From the NCBI GenBank assembly GCA_963422755.1, contig OY730488.1: a DNA stretch of 64,000 bases. One strand, given 5' to 3'. Position numbers and translations under genes: made by a program. This DNA is from Dehalococcoidia bacterium (GTDB lineage Bacteria > Chloroflexota > Dehalococcoidia > Bin125). Below the pieces are notes generated by a model. It ran no database searches. It was given only the letters and a program-made list of their open reading frames with translations, and was not told the DNA's origin. Below, piece by piece: positions 9,358-18,997 of the stretch. Position 1 is the stretch's first letter. Each line of letters opens with the position of its first letter.

Positions 9358-10170
9358 ATGCCAGAATCGCCAGAAACAATTGCGATCGATCGGACGGCAC
9401 GCGTCGCGCGCATCACGCTCAATCGGCCGGAAAAGCTGAACGCGATTTCCCGCCAGCTGCAGCGCGAGCTGATTGAGGCTCTGGTCGAGGCCGAACGTGA
9501 TGATTCGGTGCACATTGCGCTGGTAACGGGCGCCGGTCGTGCGTTCAGCGCGGGCTATGACCTGGCGGGAGGGTCGGGCGTCGCCGCTGAGCAGTCCTCG
9601 GCCATCTCCCGAGATCGCGACGGACTCGAGGAGCTGAACCGCAACTGGCTGCGCATCTGGGATCTGCGCCTGCCCGTCGTCGCCAAGGTGCACGGGCACT
9701 GCCTCGCCGGCGGGACGCAGCTCGCCACGATCTGCGATGTCAGCTTCGTCGCCGAGGATGCCCGCATCGGCGCGCCGCAGCTGCCGCTGGGCGCTGGGTT
9801 CGTGGCGTCGTACTGGGCCTGGCAGATCGGGGCCAAGCGCGCGAAAGAGTTGTTCTTTCCCGTCGGCAGCATGATCTCCGGACGCGAGGCGGCGGAGATC
9901 GGTCTCTTCAACCGCGCGGTGCCAGCCGATCAGCTCGACCAGTTCGTCGACGATTATGTCGAGTTGGCTGCGCGCACGCCGAAGGAGATCCTGGTTCTGC
10001 AGAAGAAGGCGATCAACCGCACCCAGGAGGTGCAGGGCTTCCGCGAAGCGCTGATGGGCGGCGTCGAGATCGACGCGATCGCCCATTTCACCAACCCTGT
10101 GCTGGAGATGAACCGCTCGCTCAAAGAACGCGGGCTACGCGCGACACTCGATGAGTTTCAGCGCCAGTGA
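9358..10170 (+). CDS. Enoyl-CoA hydratase/isomerase (crotonase) family protein
   Basis: It has ARITLNRPEKLNA, FSAGYDL and CLAGGTQLATICD motifs. A GGAG SD lies upstream. Confidence 0.85.
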   Translation: MPESPETIAIDRTARVARITLNRPEKLNAISRQLQRELIEALVEAERDDSVHIALVTGAGRAFSAGYDLAGGSGVAAEQSSAISRDRDGLEELNRNWLRIWDLRLPVVAKVHGHCLAGGTQLATICDVSFVAEDARIGAPQLPLGAGFVASYWAWQIGAKRAKELFFPVGSMISGREAAEIGLFNRAVPADQLDQFVDDYVELAARTPKEILVLQKKAINRTQEVQGFREALMGGVEIDAIAHFTNPVLEMNRSLKERGLRATLDEFQRQ

Positions 10171-10651
10171 TCGCCAGAACCACGGAGCAGAGCAGCCCAG
10201 CTCCCTGACTGAGGTTCGGCTGCCGAGCGCCCACACGGCCCGACTGCTGGCAGTCGCCGACGGTCTCTGCGCGATCGGCCAGCTCCGCACCGGTGAACGT
10301 GGCGGCCAGTTTTCGATTTTCAATTTCCTGCTGCGCTGCGCCGTCGACCATGCATACCCAGCGCCCGACGATCGCCCCACGCATGTCTTGCTGATGCAGG
10401 CGGGCATCATTCGACGCCACGGCTGGTACGCCTACTTCTGGCTCCCCGACGATGAGCGCCCCTTGCGTCTGGCCGTTCCCTCACCGATCAGTACGGCCTG
10501 GCACTGGCACGATGACGTGGTCGAGATCAGCAAGCGCCTGGAGCGGTCGGACGCCTGGGCGCAGGCTGTCGGCGAGAGCATGGAGGCGCACATAGAGCGC
10601 TTCGCCGAGACGCTGGCGAGCGCTAAGGTCATCCGAGCATCGACGGCGTAG
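10151..10651 (+). CDS. Hypothetical protein (no family recognised)
   Basis: 166-aa ORF filling the gap between the crotonase and CoA-transferase genes. Codon third positions are strongly G/C-biased, as in neighbouring genes. It overlaps both neighbours by about 20 nt. Confidence 0.4.
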   Translation: MSFSASDRQNHGAEQPSSLTEVRLPSAHTARLLAVADGLCAIGQLRTGERGGQFSIFNFLLRCAVDHAYPAPDDRPTHVLLMQAGIIRRHGWYAYFWLPDDERPLRLAVPSPISTAWHWHDDVVEISKRLERSDAWAQAVGESMEAHIERFAETLASAKVIRASTA

Positions 10652-11918
10652 CCGGCATCTCCGAGGCGAGCGGGACGCCTGCAGGACGAGAGGCGATCAC
10701 GCCCGCCGACTCGAGGGCGGACTGCTCTGACTCTGACATCCCCAGGAGATCGCCCAAGATCTCGGCGTTGTGCTGGCCGAAGTCGGGCGCCGGCGCGATG
10801 ATGCACGGCCCAGCGCCATCAGCACGCCAGAGCCAACCGTGCGCCGCCCAGATGCCAACCTCTGGGTGCCGTAGCGGTTCGTAGAATCCGCGCGCACGGA
10901 GGTGCGGTTCGCGCAGCACTTCGAGCATCTTCCAGACAGGCGACGATGGTACTCGCTCAGTGTGGAGCGCGGCGAAGGCGTCGGTCTTGGAACGCGCGGC
11001 CGTCCAGCCGCCGACGAGCTCGTCTAACTCCGCGCGATGTTCCCAACGCAGGATCTGGTCGGAGAATTCCGTGCGCTCCGCCCACTCGGGCGAGCCCATG
11101 GCGCGCTTCAGACCGTCCCACTCGGCGTCGCTGCGGACGCAGATCGCGATCCAGTCGTCGTCTCCGGCGCAGGGGTAGACGTTGTGCGGCGCCATCCAGT
11201 CGTGCCCGGTGCCCATGTGCTGGGGCAGGCGACGGTTCATCGACCAGTCCATATAGAACTCGCCGAGCAGTGTCGACATCACTTCCCGCTGCGCGAGGTC
11301 GATGTATTGCCCCCGACCAGTCCGATGGCGATGCACCAGCGCTGTCGCCACCGCTGCCGCCGCGCAGACCCCGGCGATCGGATCGCCGTAGGAGATTCCG
11401 CTCTTGTAGGGGACGCCGTCATCGCCGTAGCCCGTGGTCGAGGTCATCCCGCTCATCATCTCGATGATCGGGCCGTAGCCAACGGCGTCCTTCTCAGGGC
11501 CGGTCTTGCCGAAGCCAGCCATGCCGACGACGATGATGTCCTCTCGCTGCTCGCGCAGCCACTCGTAGGTCAGGCCAAGGTTGTCCATGACGTCGGTGCG
11601 GTAGTTCTCGATCACCACATCGCAGTGGGGCAACAACTGAGCGAAGACCGCACGGCCCTCATCTGCGGACAGGTCGAGCGTGAGTGACTTTTTGTTGCGG
11701 CTGTATTCGTGGAGGTAGAAGTTGGTGTTCCACCAGTGCTCGCCCGGCGCGACTGGCGGGGGCAACAGCGTGCGGATGTTGTCCCACGCTTGGGGCGACT
11801 CGATCTTGATCACCTCCGCGCCCTGATCGGCCAGGATCTTGGCGGCGTATGGGCCGGCCCAGATCATGGTCAGATCAGCGACGCGTACGCCGCTCAGCGG
11901 ACGGCCGGGATCAAACAT
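10629..11918 (-). CDS. Family III CoA-transferase (CaiB/BaiF family), paralog 1
   Basis: The N-terminal signature is present (LSGVRVADLTMIWAGPYAAKILADQGAEVIKIE). The start overlaps the stop of paralog 2 by 1 nt. Confidence 0.9.
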   Translation of the reverse strand: MFDPGRPLSGVRVADLTMIWAGPYAAKILADQGAEVIKIESPQAWDNIRTLLPPPVAPGEHWWNTNFYLHEYSRNKKSLTLDLSADEGRAVFAQLLPHCDVVIENYRTDVMDNLGLTYEWLREQREDIIVVGMAGFGKTGPEKDAVGYGPIIEMMSGMTSTTGYGDDGVPYKSGISYGDPIAGVCAAAAVATALVHRHRTGRGQYIDLAQREVMSTLLGEFYMDWSMNRRLPQHMGTGHDWMAPHNVYPCAGDDDWIAICVRSDAEWDGLKRAMGSPEWAERTEFSDQILRWEHRAELDELVGGWTAARSKTDAFAALHTERVPSSPVWKMLEVLREPHLRARGFYEPLRHPEVGIWAAHGWLWRADGAGPCIIAPAPDFGQHNAEILGDLLGMSESEQSALESAGVIASRPAGVPLASEMPATPSMLG

Positions 11919-13147
11919 CAGATTGCATCCAGTTCCCGCAGACGAACGAGGTCCTCTCGCTCGTAGCCCAGTTCGCCATGGATCACCGCCAGGTTGTGCT
12001 CGCCCAGCCGTGGCGCGCGACCCATCTGCCAGTCGTGACCGCTACTCAACCAGAGCCGACCGGGGTAGGTCAGTCGGCCGGCCAGCGCATCATCGCGTTC
12101 CGCGAAGAATTGGCGATCGTGCAGGTGCTCCGAGCTGGATAGATCTTCCATCGACGCCACGAAACCGAATGGCACACGGTGCTCGATGCCCAGCTCGAGC
12201 AGACCCTCCTGGCTCTGGTCGATGAACCAGCCGTGCAAGATCGCCATCAGTTCATCGTTGTGCAACAACCGCTGAGCAGGCTCAGCGAAGCGAGCGTCCT
12301 GCAGCTCGGGCAACCCGACGGCGCGGGCGAAGCCGGGGTAGTTGCGCGGCAGCGCACAGATACCACCGAACCCATCTGCGGTTTGATAGAGACCCCAGAG
12401 CGCGTTCAGGTTGTTGCCCGAGCGCTGGGTTTCGATTCCGAGCTGCGACGCGCGTGTGTGAAACGCTTCCGCCATACCGGCATACGTCTCTTGCACCGAC
12501 AGATCAATGTACGAGCCCTGCTCATGCGTAACGGCGCCGAAATAGGCGGCCGCGATCGCAGCCAGCGCGTTGAGTCCCGCCTGATACGACGGCTGTGCGC
12601 CACCGTTCTTGAGCGGCGGACGCTCGGGGTGGCCGGTCAGCCACAGCTGACCGCTGGCCGCGTAGAGCGTCAGTTCAGTCGCCGGCAGATTGGCATTCGG
12701 ACCTGTCTGGCCGAACGGGGTGATCGAGATCATCACCAGCGGCGGATTGTCAGCGGACAGCACGTCGTAGCCTAGACCTCGCTCGGCGAGGTAGCCCGGC
12801 TCAAACGACTCAATGACGATCTCCGCGCTGCGCGCCAGTTCGTGCAGAATCTCGCGGCCGTCGGACGTGTCGAGATTGAGCGTGATCGATCGCTTGTCGC
12901 CGTTGAGGTAGAGAAACAGACCACTGGTTTCGTCGTCGGGCAGGTCGCCGGGCCAGGGACCGAAGGCGCGCGATGGATCACCGGTGGTCCGTTCCACCTT
13001 GATCACATCCGCGCCCAGCGCGGCGAGCCAGCGCCCCGCGTAGGGGCCGGCGATGCCCTCTGCCAGCTCGATCACGCGCACCCCCTCATAGGGCTGCGTC
13101 GGGTCATGGTCAGGCTGAGACTGATCGCTCGTCAGGTCGCTCATCAC
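11918..13147 (-). CDS. Family III CoA-transferase (CaiB/BaiF family), paralog 2
   Basis: It has YEGVRVIELAEGIAGPYAGRWLAALGADVIKVE and is of typical length. Confidence 0.9.
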   Translation of the reverse strand: MMSDLTSDQSQPDHDPTQPYEGVRVIELAEGIAGPYAGRWLAALGADVIKVERTTGDPSRAFGPWPGDLPDDETSGLFLYLNGDKRSITLNLDTSDGREILHELARSAEIVIESFEPGYLAERGLGYDVLSADNPPLVMISITPFGQTGPNANLPATELTLYAASGQLWLTGHPERPPLKNGGAQPSYQAGLNALAAIAAAYFGAVTHEQGSYIDLSVQETYAGMAEAFHTRASQLGIETQRSGNNLNALWGLYQTADGFGGICALPRNYPGFARAVGLPELQDARFAEPAQRLLHNDELMAILHGWFIDQSQEGLLELGIEHRVPFGFVASMEDLSSSEHLHDRQFFAERDDALAGRLTYPGRLWLSSGHDWQMGRAPRLGEHNLAVIHGELGYEREDLVRLRELDAI

Positions 13148-13192
13148 TGTCAGTCTATGAGCAGCCGCCGCTGCGTTCTAGACTGGGGCCGC

Positions 13193-14443
13193 ATGGACTC
13201 AGCCACAGCCGTTGACGCAACTGACGCCGCTGACGAACTCGGCCCGCCGCTGTTGGCCGGGCTGCGCGTCGTTGAGCTGGCTGAGGAGGTCGCGGCGCCG
13301 TTCGCAGCGAAATTGCTCGCTGACGCCGGCGCTGAGACCATCAAGATCGAGCCACCTGATGGAGACGCCGCGCGTCGCGCCGCGCCGTTCGCTGAACCAG
13401 CGCCGCACCGCGAGACCTCGACCACCTGGCTGGCCTACAACACATCCAAACGCAGCGTCGTCCTGGACCTCGACACATCAGCGGGGCGGCGCGTGCTGCA
13501 GCGGTTGGTCAGCGAGACGGACGTGTTCGTCAGCGACCGCGCTCCCAGCCAACTCGCCACGCTGGACCTGAGCCCGGATGATCTACGCGAGCGCTATCCC
13601 CAGCTGATCGTGGCGTCGCTGACGCCGTTCGGTCTGATTGGAGACGCCGCGGAATGGCCGTCGACGGCGTTGACCCGCGCACATGCATCGGGGTCTGCCG
13701 CGGGCGTCCGCCGCAATCTTGGCGCTGACAGCGGCGCACCGCTGATGGCGGGCGCCAAGGTGCACGAAGCCGACGGGGGGCTGGCCCTGGCACTCGCAAC
13801 CTGGGCGGCGCTGATCGCTCGCTCGCGACAGGGGCACGGGCAGATCGTCGATGTCGCCTCGACGGAGGCGATGATGAACATGGACCGCGTTGACATCTCG
13901 ATCGCCCACAATGACGGCGGACCGCCGGCGCGTCCGCCGAGTCGCGGCGGCAGCGCGTTCGGCGGACGCCTCGAGTGCGCGGACGGGCATCTGATCGCGG
14001 TCACCCCGCAGTCGCATCAATGGGCGGGGTTGATCAAGGCGATGGACGATCCAGAGTGGGCGTTCGACGATCGTGGCCAGTTGATGGACCGCTCATCTCT
14101 GGGCGAGGAGGCGGGGCTGGCGATCGAGCAGTGGGCCAAAGTGCGAACGCGGGATGAGGTCTTTCGGGCGCTACAGTCCAACAGCGCCCCAGCGGGACCG
14201 GTTCTGCGGCCGTCGGAGGTGCTGAACTCTGAGCAAGAGCGCGCGCGCGGATTCTTCGAGCGGCTCGAGCATCCACTCGCGCCCAGCGGACGCTATCCGC
14301 AATTTGCCGCGCAGTGGACTGGCGCATCTCGCGCGGGGCGCAGCGCTGCGCCGCTGCTGGGCGCCTCGACCGCCGACATCACGCGACCACACCTCGCGCC
14401 CTGGACACCGGTCCAGGCCAGACGAGCTGGAGTCATCGGATGA
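13193..14443 (+). CDS. Family III CoA-transferase (CaiB/BaiF family), paralog 3
   Basis: The track ORF was trimmed to the in-frame ATG at 13193 (MDSATAVD...LAGLRVVELAEEVAAPFAAKLLADAGAETIKIE). The upstream extension is antisense to paralog 2. Confidence 0.85.
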   Translation: MDSATAVDATDAADELGPPLLAGLRVVELAEEVAAPFAAKLLADAGAETIKIEPPDGDAARRAAPFAEPAPHRETSTTWLAYNTSKRSVVLDLDTSAGRRVLQRLVSETDVFVSDRAPSQLATLDLSPDDLRERYPQLIVASLTPFGLIGDAAEWPSTALTRAHASGSAAGVRRNLGADSGAPLMAGAKVHEADGGLALALATWAALIARSRQGHGQIVDVASTEAMMNMDRVDISIAHNDGGPPARPPSRGGSAFGGRLECADGHLIAVTPQSHQWAGLIKAMDDPEWAFDDRGQLMDRSSLGEEAGLAIEQWAKVRTRDEVFRALQSNSAPAGPVLRPSEVLNSEQERARGFFERLEHPLAPSGRYPQFAAQWTGASRAGRSAAPLLGASTADITRPHLAPWTPVQARRAGVIG

Positions 14444-15768
14444 CCACCACCAACGGATACGAAGCCCAGAACGGCCAACAGAGCGGCCAGCAGGGCCTGC
14501 TGCCGCCCGCGATTCGCCCTGGTCCGCTCTCGGGTAAGCGAATCATCGATTTTACCTGGGCCTGGGCGGGGCCGTATGGGGCGATGCAGCTCGCGCTGAT
14601 GGGCGCGGAACTGATCAAGATCGAGTCGGCGACGCGAATCGATCACTCGCGCCAGCGCTCGCTGGCGATGGGCTCCTTCGCCGGCGGCGTCAATCAGGCC
14701 CCGATGTTCAATGAGGTCAACCTGAACAAGTACTCGATCCAGCTCAACCTCAAGACCGCAGGCGCCAAACGGGTCGTCCGCGACCTGGCCCGCACCGCCG
14801 ACGGTGCGATTGACAACTTTCGCCCAGGCACATTGCAAAAGCTCGGTCTGGGATACGACGACCTGCGCCGCGAGAATCCGAACATTGTGATGATCTCCGC
14901 CTCGGCGCTCGGCGCGACTGGCCCGGAACGGGGCTACACGGGCTACGCACCGACGTTCGCCGCGCTCAGCGGACTGTCCTACCTCTCGGGCGAGCCCGAA
15001 GAGCCGCCGGTGATGATGGGCGGCTCGATCGATCTGCGCGCCGGCACGGCGGCGGCGATGGCCATGCTCGCCGGCCTCCACTACCGAGAACGCGTTGGGC
15101 GCGGCCAATTCATCGACGCTTCCTCGTCCGAGGCGATCGGTATGCACATTGCTGAGGAATTCCTGCACGTGGACATGCTCGGCCGCGACGGCGACAAGAT
15201 TGGCAATGGCCACCGCGCCTACGCGCCGCACGACGTCTTCCGCTGCGCCTCCATGCGCGCACCCGACGCCTACCGCGACGGTCACAAGGGTGCGCGCTCC
15301 GGCTGGATCGCAATCGCCTGCCGCTCCGACGCGGAGTGGGCGGCGTTCTGCAAGTGCAGCGGACTCGACCATCTGCGCGACGACCAGCGATTCCGCACTG
15401 GCCTGAAACGCTGGAAGCACCGCGCCGAGCTGAAATCCATGATCGAAGCCTGGACCTCGGAGCAGGCGGCGGTTGAAACTGCTTCAGCCCTGCGCGCGGC
15501 CGGCGTACCCGCCGCCGCGTCCGTATGGGGCAGCGACGTTCACCACTCCGAGAACTTCCAGGCTCGCGGCGGCGCTGTCTCCGTGCGCCCGCCCGAGACG
15601 CATCTGCGCGAGGTCCTGCCCCCGCCCTGGCAGCTCTCGGAGACGCCTGCCGAGATCGTCTCACCGGCGCCGCGGCTCGGTGAAGATACTGAGTATGTGC
15701 TCAGCCGCATGCTCGGCTACGACCAGGACCGCATCGACGCACTCGCGCGTGAGGGCGCGCTGGAATAG
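14440..15768 (+). CDS. Family III CoA-transferase (CaiB/BaiF family), paralog 4
   Basis: The ORF was trimmed to the ATG at 14440, which overlaps the TGA of paralog 3 (ATGA). It has LSGKRIIDFTWAWAGPYGAMQLALMGAELIKIE. Confidence 0.85.
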   Translation: MTTTNGYEAQNGQQSGQQGLLPPAIRPGPLSGKRIIDFTWAWAGPYGAMQLALMGAELIKIESATRIDHSRQRSLAMGSFAGGVNQAPMFNEVNLNKYSIQLNLKTAGAKRVVRDLARTADGAIDNFRPGTLQKLGLGYDDLRRENPNIVMISASALGATGPERGYTGYAPTFAALSGLSYLSGEPEEPPVMMGGSIDLRAGTAAAMAMLAGLHYRERVGRGQFIDASSSEAIGMHIAEEFLHVDMLGRDGDKIGNGHRAYAPHDVFRCASMRAPDAYRDGHKGARSGWIAIACRSDAEWAAFCKCSGLDHLRDDQRFRTGLKRWKHRAELKSMIEAWTSEQAAVETASALRAAGVPAAASVWGSDVHHSENFQARGGAVSVRPPETHLREVLPPPWQLSETPAEIVSPAPRLGEDTEYVLSRMLGYDQDRIDALAREGALE

Positions 15769-15802
15769 CCTACGCAAAGCTGAGCATGAGTGGAGGGGAA
15801 CC

Positions 15803-16123
15803 ATGCGTGATGTCCTGCGAGCAGCGAGCAAACCGATGGCCCGACTCTCGATCGCGGCTGTGCTCGCGTTGATCGCCGTCGCTGCAATTCAGCCGGTCTT
15901 CACGAACAGCGGCGATGTGCTCGGCGCGGAGGCGGCTCCCGCCCAGACCGAGCTCTCGCAGCCGCAGCAGGCGGAGCCTGATGAGGGCGGTACTGGCGTC
16001 AACAACTTCGACCGCGAAGAGTGGTACGAGTTCTCGATCCTGCTCGCGCCCTTCCTGGTCTTGGTGACGTTCATCCTGATCCTGATGTTCAACTGGGACC
16101 GCTCCACCAACAATGAGGACTGA
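15803..16123 (+). CDS. Small hypothetical membrane protein (N-terminal signal/anchor plus a C-terminal TM helix)
   Basis: The ATG at 15803 follows a GGAGGGG SD. There are two hydrophobic segments (LSIAAVLALIAVAAI; ILLAPFLVLVTFILILMF). Confidence 0.45.
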   Translation: MRDVLRAASKPMARLSIAAVLALIAVAAIQPVFTNSGDVLGAEAAPAQTELSQPQQAEPDEGGTGVNNFDREEWYEFSILLAPFLVLVTFILILMFNWDRSTNNED

Positions 16124-16186
16124 GCGGCGAGTGGGCTAGCAGGTACGTGGACTGAGCGGCAACGTGGACGAAGCCGGAGAGCCGAT

Positions 16187-16678
16187 ATGGCCGAGCCGAT
16201 TGCCCAGCAGCTGATCGACACGCTGTCCGAGCGCGGCCTGACTCTTGCAACGGCCGAGACCGACACCGGCGGGCTGATCGGCCACTGGATCACTGATATC
16301 CCCGGCTGCTCGCAGGCGTGGATCGGCGGCGCTGCGCCATATCACAACTATCCCAAAATCGACTTGCTCGGCGTCTCACGCGATCTGCTTAGAGAGCATG
16401 GGTCCGTCTCGGAAGCGGCCGCGATCGCGATGGCGCGCGGCGCACGGGACGTCCTCAACGCCGACATCGGCGTCGCCGAGACTGGCATCACGGGACCGAC
16501 GGGCGGCTCAGAGTCACGCCCAGTCGGGACGGTCTGGATTGCTTGCATGGGGCCCGGCGACCGCGTCCACGCGGAACGGCAGGTATGGGAGTCAGACCGC
16601 GCAGGCAACAAGCGCCTCACCGCGCTGCGCTGCATCGAGCTGGTCATCGAGGCCGCTCGGGATGCCGCCCAGGCCTGA
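16187..16678 (+). CDS. CinA C-terminal domain / nicotinamide-nucleotide amidohydrolase (PncC-like)
   Basis: It has LATAETDTGGLIG and GVAETGITGPTGG patterns typical of the CinA_C family. Confidence 0.8.
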   Translation: MAEPIAQQLIDTLSERGLTLATAETDTGGLIGHWITDIPGCSQAWIGGAAPYHNYPKIDLLGVSRDLLREHGSVSEAAAIAMARGARDVLNADIGVAETGITGPTGGSESRPVGTVWIACMGPGDRVHAERQVWESDRAGNKRLTALRCIELVIEAARDAAQA

Positions 16679-17486
16679 TCCGACGCTGAGCGTGCCCTTC
16701 CTGCATTGCAACGAGATCGACCTGTATTACGAAACGCACGGCGATCCATCGGCGCGGCCGCTCGTGCTCGCGCACGGAGCCGGCGGCAATCACCTGGTCT
16801 GGTGGCGCAACGTGCCCGTCCTGCGCGAGCGCTACTTCACGATCACCTTCGACCACCGCGCGTTCGGCCTCAGCCGCGACGTGCCCGGCGGTCCCGGCCG
16901 TCGTGCATTCCCGCATGATCTGCACGCCCTGCTGGAGCATCTGGTGGTCGACCGCTTCGCGATGATCGCGCACTCGATGGGCGGCCGCACCGCGACGCCG
17001 TTTGCGATGTTGTTTCCAGGACGGATCGAGGCGCTGGTCCTCTCGGGCACACTGGCCGGGGCGGTCAACGATGAGGTGCGCGAGATCCAGGCCGCGCACT
17101 ATCGCAGCGTCGCCGGCCAGACGTTGCGTCAGCGGGCACTCGCGCCGGCCACCGAACGCAACGAACCCGAGCTGACCTGGCTGTATCGCCGCATGAACGG
17201 CTGGAATCCGAAGCGTCCCTCGACCTTCCTCGCGCCGACGCCCGGTCTGGCGACCTGGCGCGGCTCGTCGATGCCGCTGCTGCGGCAGTTTGGGGTGCCC
17301 ATGCTCTACATCGTGGGCGAGCATGACCAGATTGTCCCCTGGCAGGCGATGGAGGCCTCGCACCGCGCGATGGACGGCTCGGAGTTCGTCGTCGTGCCCG
17401 ATGCCGGACACTCGGTCTACTTCGAGCAGCCGCGCCGATTCAACGAAGCGGTACTCGAGTTCCTCGATCGACGCTGGGACCGGTGA
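16662..17486 (+). CDS. Alpha/beta hydrolase
   Basis: The ORF was trimmed to the ATG at 16662. It has an HGAGGNH oxyanion region, the nucleophile elbow AHSMGG, and a C-terminal D...GH pattern. Confidence 0.8.
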   Translation: MPPRPDPTLSVPFLHCNEIDLYYETHGDPSARPLVLAHGAGGNHLVWWRNVPVLRERYFTITFDHRAFGLSRDVPGGPGRRAFPHDLHALLEHLVVDRFAMIAHSMGGRTATPFAMLFPGRIEALVLSGTLAGAVNDEVREIQAAHYRSVAGQTLRQRALAPATERNEPELTWLYRRMNGWNPKRPSTFLAPTPGLATWRGSSMPLLRQFGVPMLYIVGEHDQIVPWQAMEASHRAMDGSEFVVVPDAGHSVYFEQPRRFNEAVLEFLDRRWDR

Positions 17487-17517
17487 GCGACGCGGTCGAG
17501 CGGTTTATGATCGTGTC

Positions 17518-18972
17518 ATGCAAACACCTACCGCATTGGTCCAAGACCTGATCGACGCTATCGGCGAAGACGCCATTGTCTGGCACGATGAGGACCTGCT
17601 GGTCTATGAGTACGACGGCACGATCGATCGCGGCAATCCGGACGTCATAGCGCTTCCGGCGGATACCGACGACGTGATCAGGCTGATTCGGGTCGCCAAC
17701 CGACACGGCGCGCCGATCACGCCGCGCGGCGCAGGCACAGGGCTCAGCGGCGGCGCGCTGGCCGCCCGAGGCGGTGTCGTGATCGGCATGAACCGTATGC
17801 GGCGGATTCTCAACGTTGACGCTGAGAACAAGACAGCGCTGGTACAGCCAGGCGTCGTCAATCTGGATCTCGGCGCCGAAGCCGAGCGGCACGACCTAGC
17901 GTACGCACCCGACCCAAGCTCTCAGCGGGCTTGCACGATCGGCGGCAACATCGCTGAGAACGCGGGTGGGCCGCACACGCTCGCCTGGGGCACCACGACC
18001 AACCATGTACTGGCGCTCGAACTGGTGACCGCCGACGGCGAGGTCCAGTGGATCGGCCATGACACTCGCGACGAGCCCGGCTATGACCTGGTCGGTTGCG
18101 TGGTTGGCTCAGAGGGCACGGTCGGCATCGTGACGCAGGCGCTCGTGCGATTGGTGCCGCGGCCGGCTGCCGTCCGCACCTTGCTGGCCGTCTACGACAG
18201 CGTGCGACAGGCCTCGAACGCTGTCTCAGCGGTCGTGGCCTCCGGGATCGTCCCGGCGGCGCTGGAAATGATCGACAAAATGACCATCGCGGCGATCGAG
18301 CCGGTCCTGCAGACGGGATTTCCGCTCGACGCTGAGGCTGTGTTGCTGGTCGAAGTCGACGGACCAGAGTCGCAGGTCGAAGCGGAGGGTGCACGGGTCG
18401 AGGGCATCCTCACCCGCTTTGAGCCGCGCGAAGTGCGCTCGGCGACCGATCCGCAAGAGCGTGAGCAGCTCTGGGCCGGACGCAAGGGCGCGATCGGCGC
18501 GCTGGGCCAGATTATGCCCAACTACTACCTCTTGGACGGGGTCGTCCCACGCACCAAGCTGCCGGACGTGCTCGACGCGGTCTATGAGATCGCGGATCGT
18601 TACCGCCTGCCGGTCGCCAACATGTTCCACGCCGGCGACGGTAACCTGCACCCCTGCTTGCTATTCGACGAGCGCGAGCCCGGCGCGACGGAGCGTGTCC
18701 TGGACGCAGGAGGCGAGATCATGCGCGTCTGCGTCGACGCGGGCGGCGCGATCACCGGCGAGCACGGTGTCGGGTTGGAGAAACGTGACTACTTGCCCTG
18801 GATCTTCACTGAGGCTGACATGGATGCGATGAAGTCATTGCGAGCCGCGTTCGGCCCAACGGAAAACTTCAACCCCTGCAAGATTTTCCCCAAAGGCCAC
18901 GGCTGTGGCGAAGCCGGCCACCAGCACGCCCAGCACCAGATCGCCAAGTTTGGTCCCAAAGCGTTCGTCTAG
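17518..18972 (+). CDS. glcD: FAD-linked oxidase, glycolate oxidase subunit GlcD-like
   Basis: The ORF was trimmed to the ATG at 17518. It has an FAD-binding PCMH domain (PRGAGTGLSGGA) and a C-terminal GEHGVGLEK. It is followed by glcE- and glcF-like genes. Confidence 0.85.
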   Translation: MQTPTALVQDLIDAIGEDAIVWHDEDLLVYEYDGTIDRGNPDVIALPADTDDVIRLIRVANRHGAPITPRGAGTGLSGGALAARGGVVIGMNRMRRILNVDAENKTALVQPGVVNLDLGAEAERHDLAYAPDPSSQRACTIGGNIAENAGGPHTLAWGTTTNHVLALELVTADGEVQWIGHDTRDEPGYDLVGCVVGSEGTVGIVTQALVRLVPRPAAVRTLLAVYDSVRQASNAVSAVVASGIVPAALEMIDKMTIAAIEPVLQTGFPLDAEAVLLVEVDGPESQVEAEGARVEGILTRFEPREVRSATDPQEREQLWAGRKGAIGALGQIMPNYYLLDGVVPRTKLPDVLDAVYEIADRYRLPVANMFHAGDGNLHPCLLFDEREPGATERVLDAGGEIMRVCVDAGGAITGEHGVGLEKRDYLPWIFTEADMDAMKSLRAAFGPTENFNPCKIFPKGHGCGEAGHQHAQHQIAKFGPKAFV

Positions 18973-18997
18973 CGTGGGCCCGAATCGGGAATCGACG

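Noticed and set aside
9106-10086. 5' extensions of the track ORFs: 8380-10086 (568 aa), 921-1976, 12842-14443, 14314-15768, 16398-17486, 17290-18972, 18905-20287, 21630-22568, 61055-62122 and 3978-5114.
   Set aside because: In each case the conserved domain begins at an internal ATG or GTG, usually with an SD or a stop-start overlap. The upstream part is low-complexity and runs antisense to, or overlaps, a well-supported neighbouring gene. I trimmed the starts accordingly.
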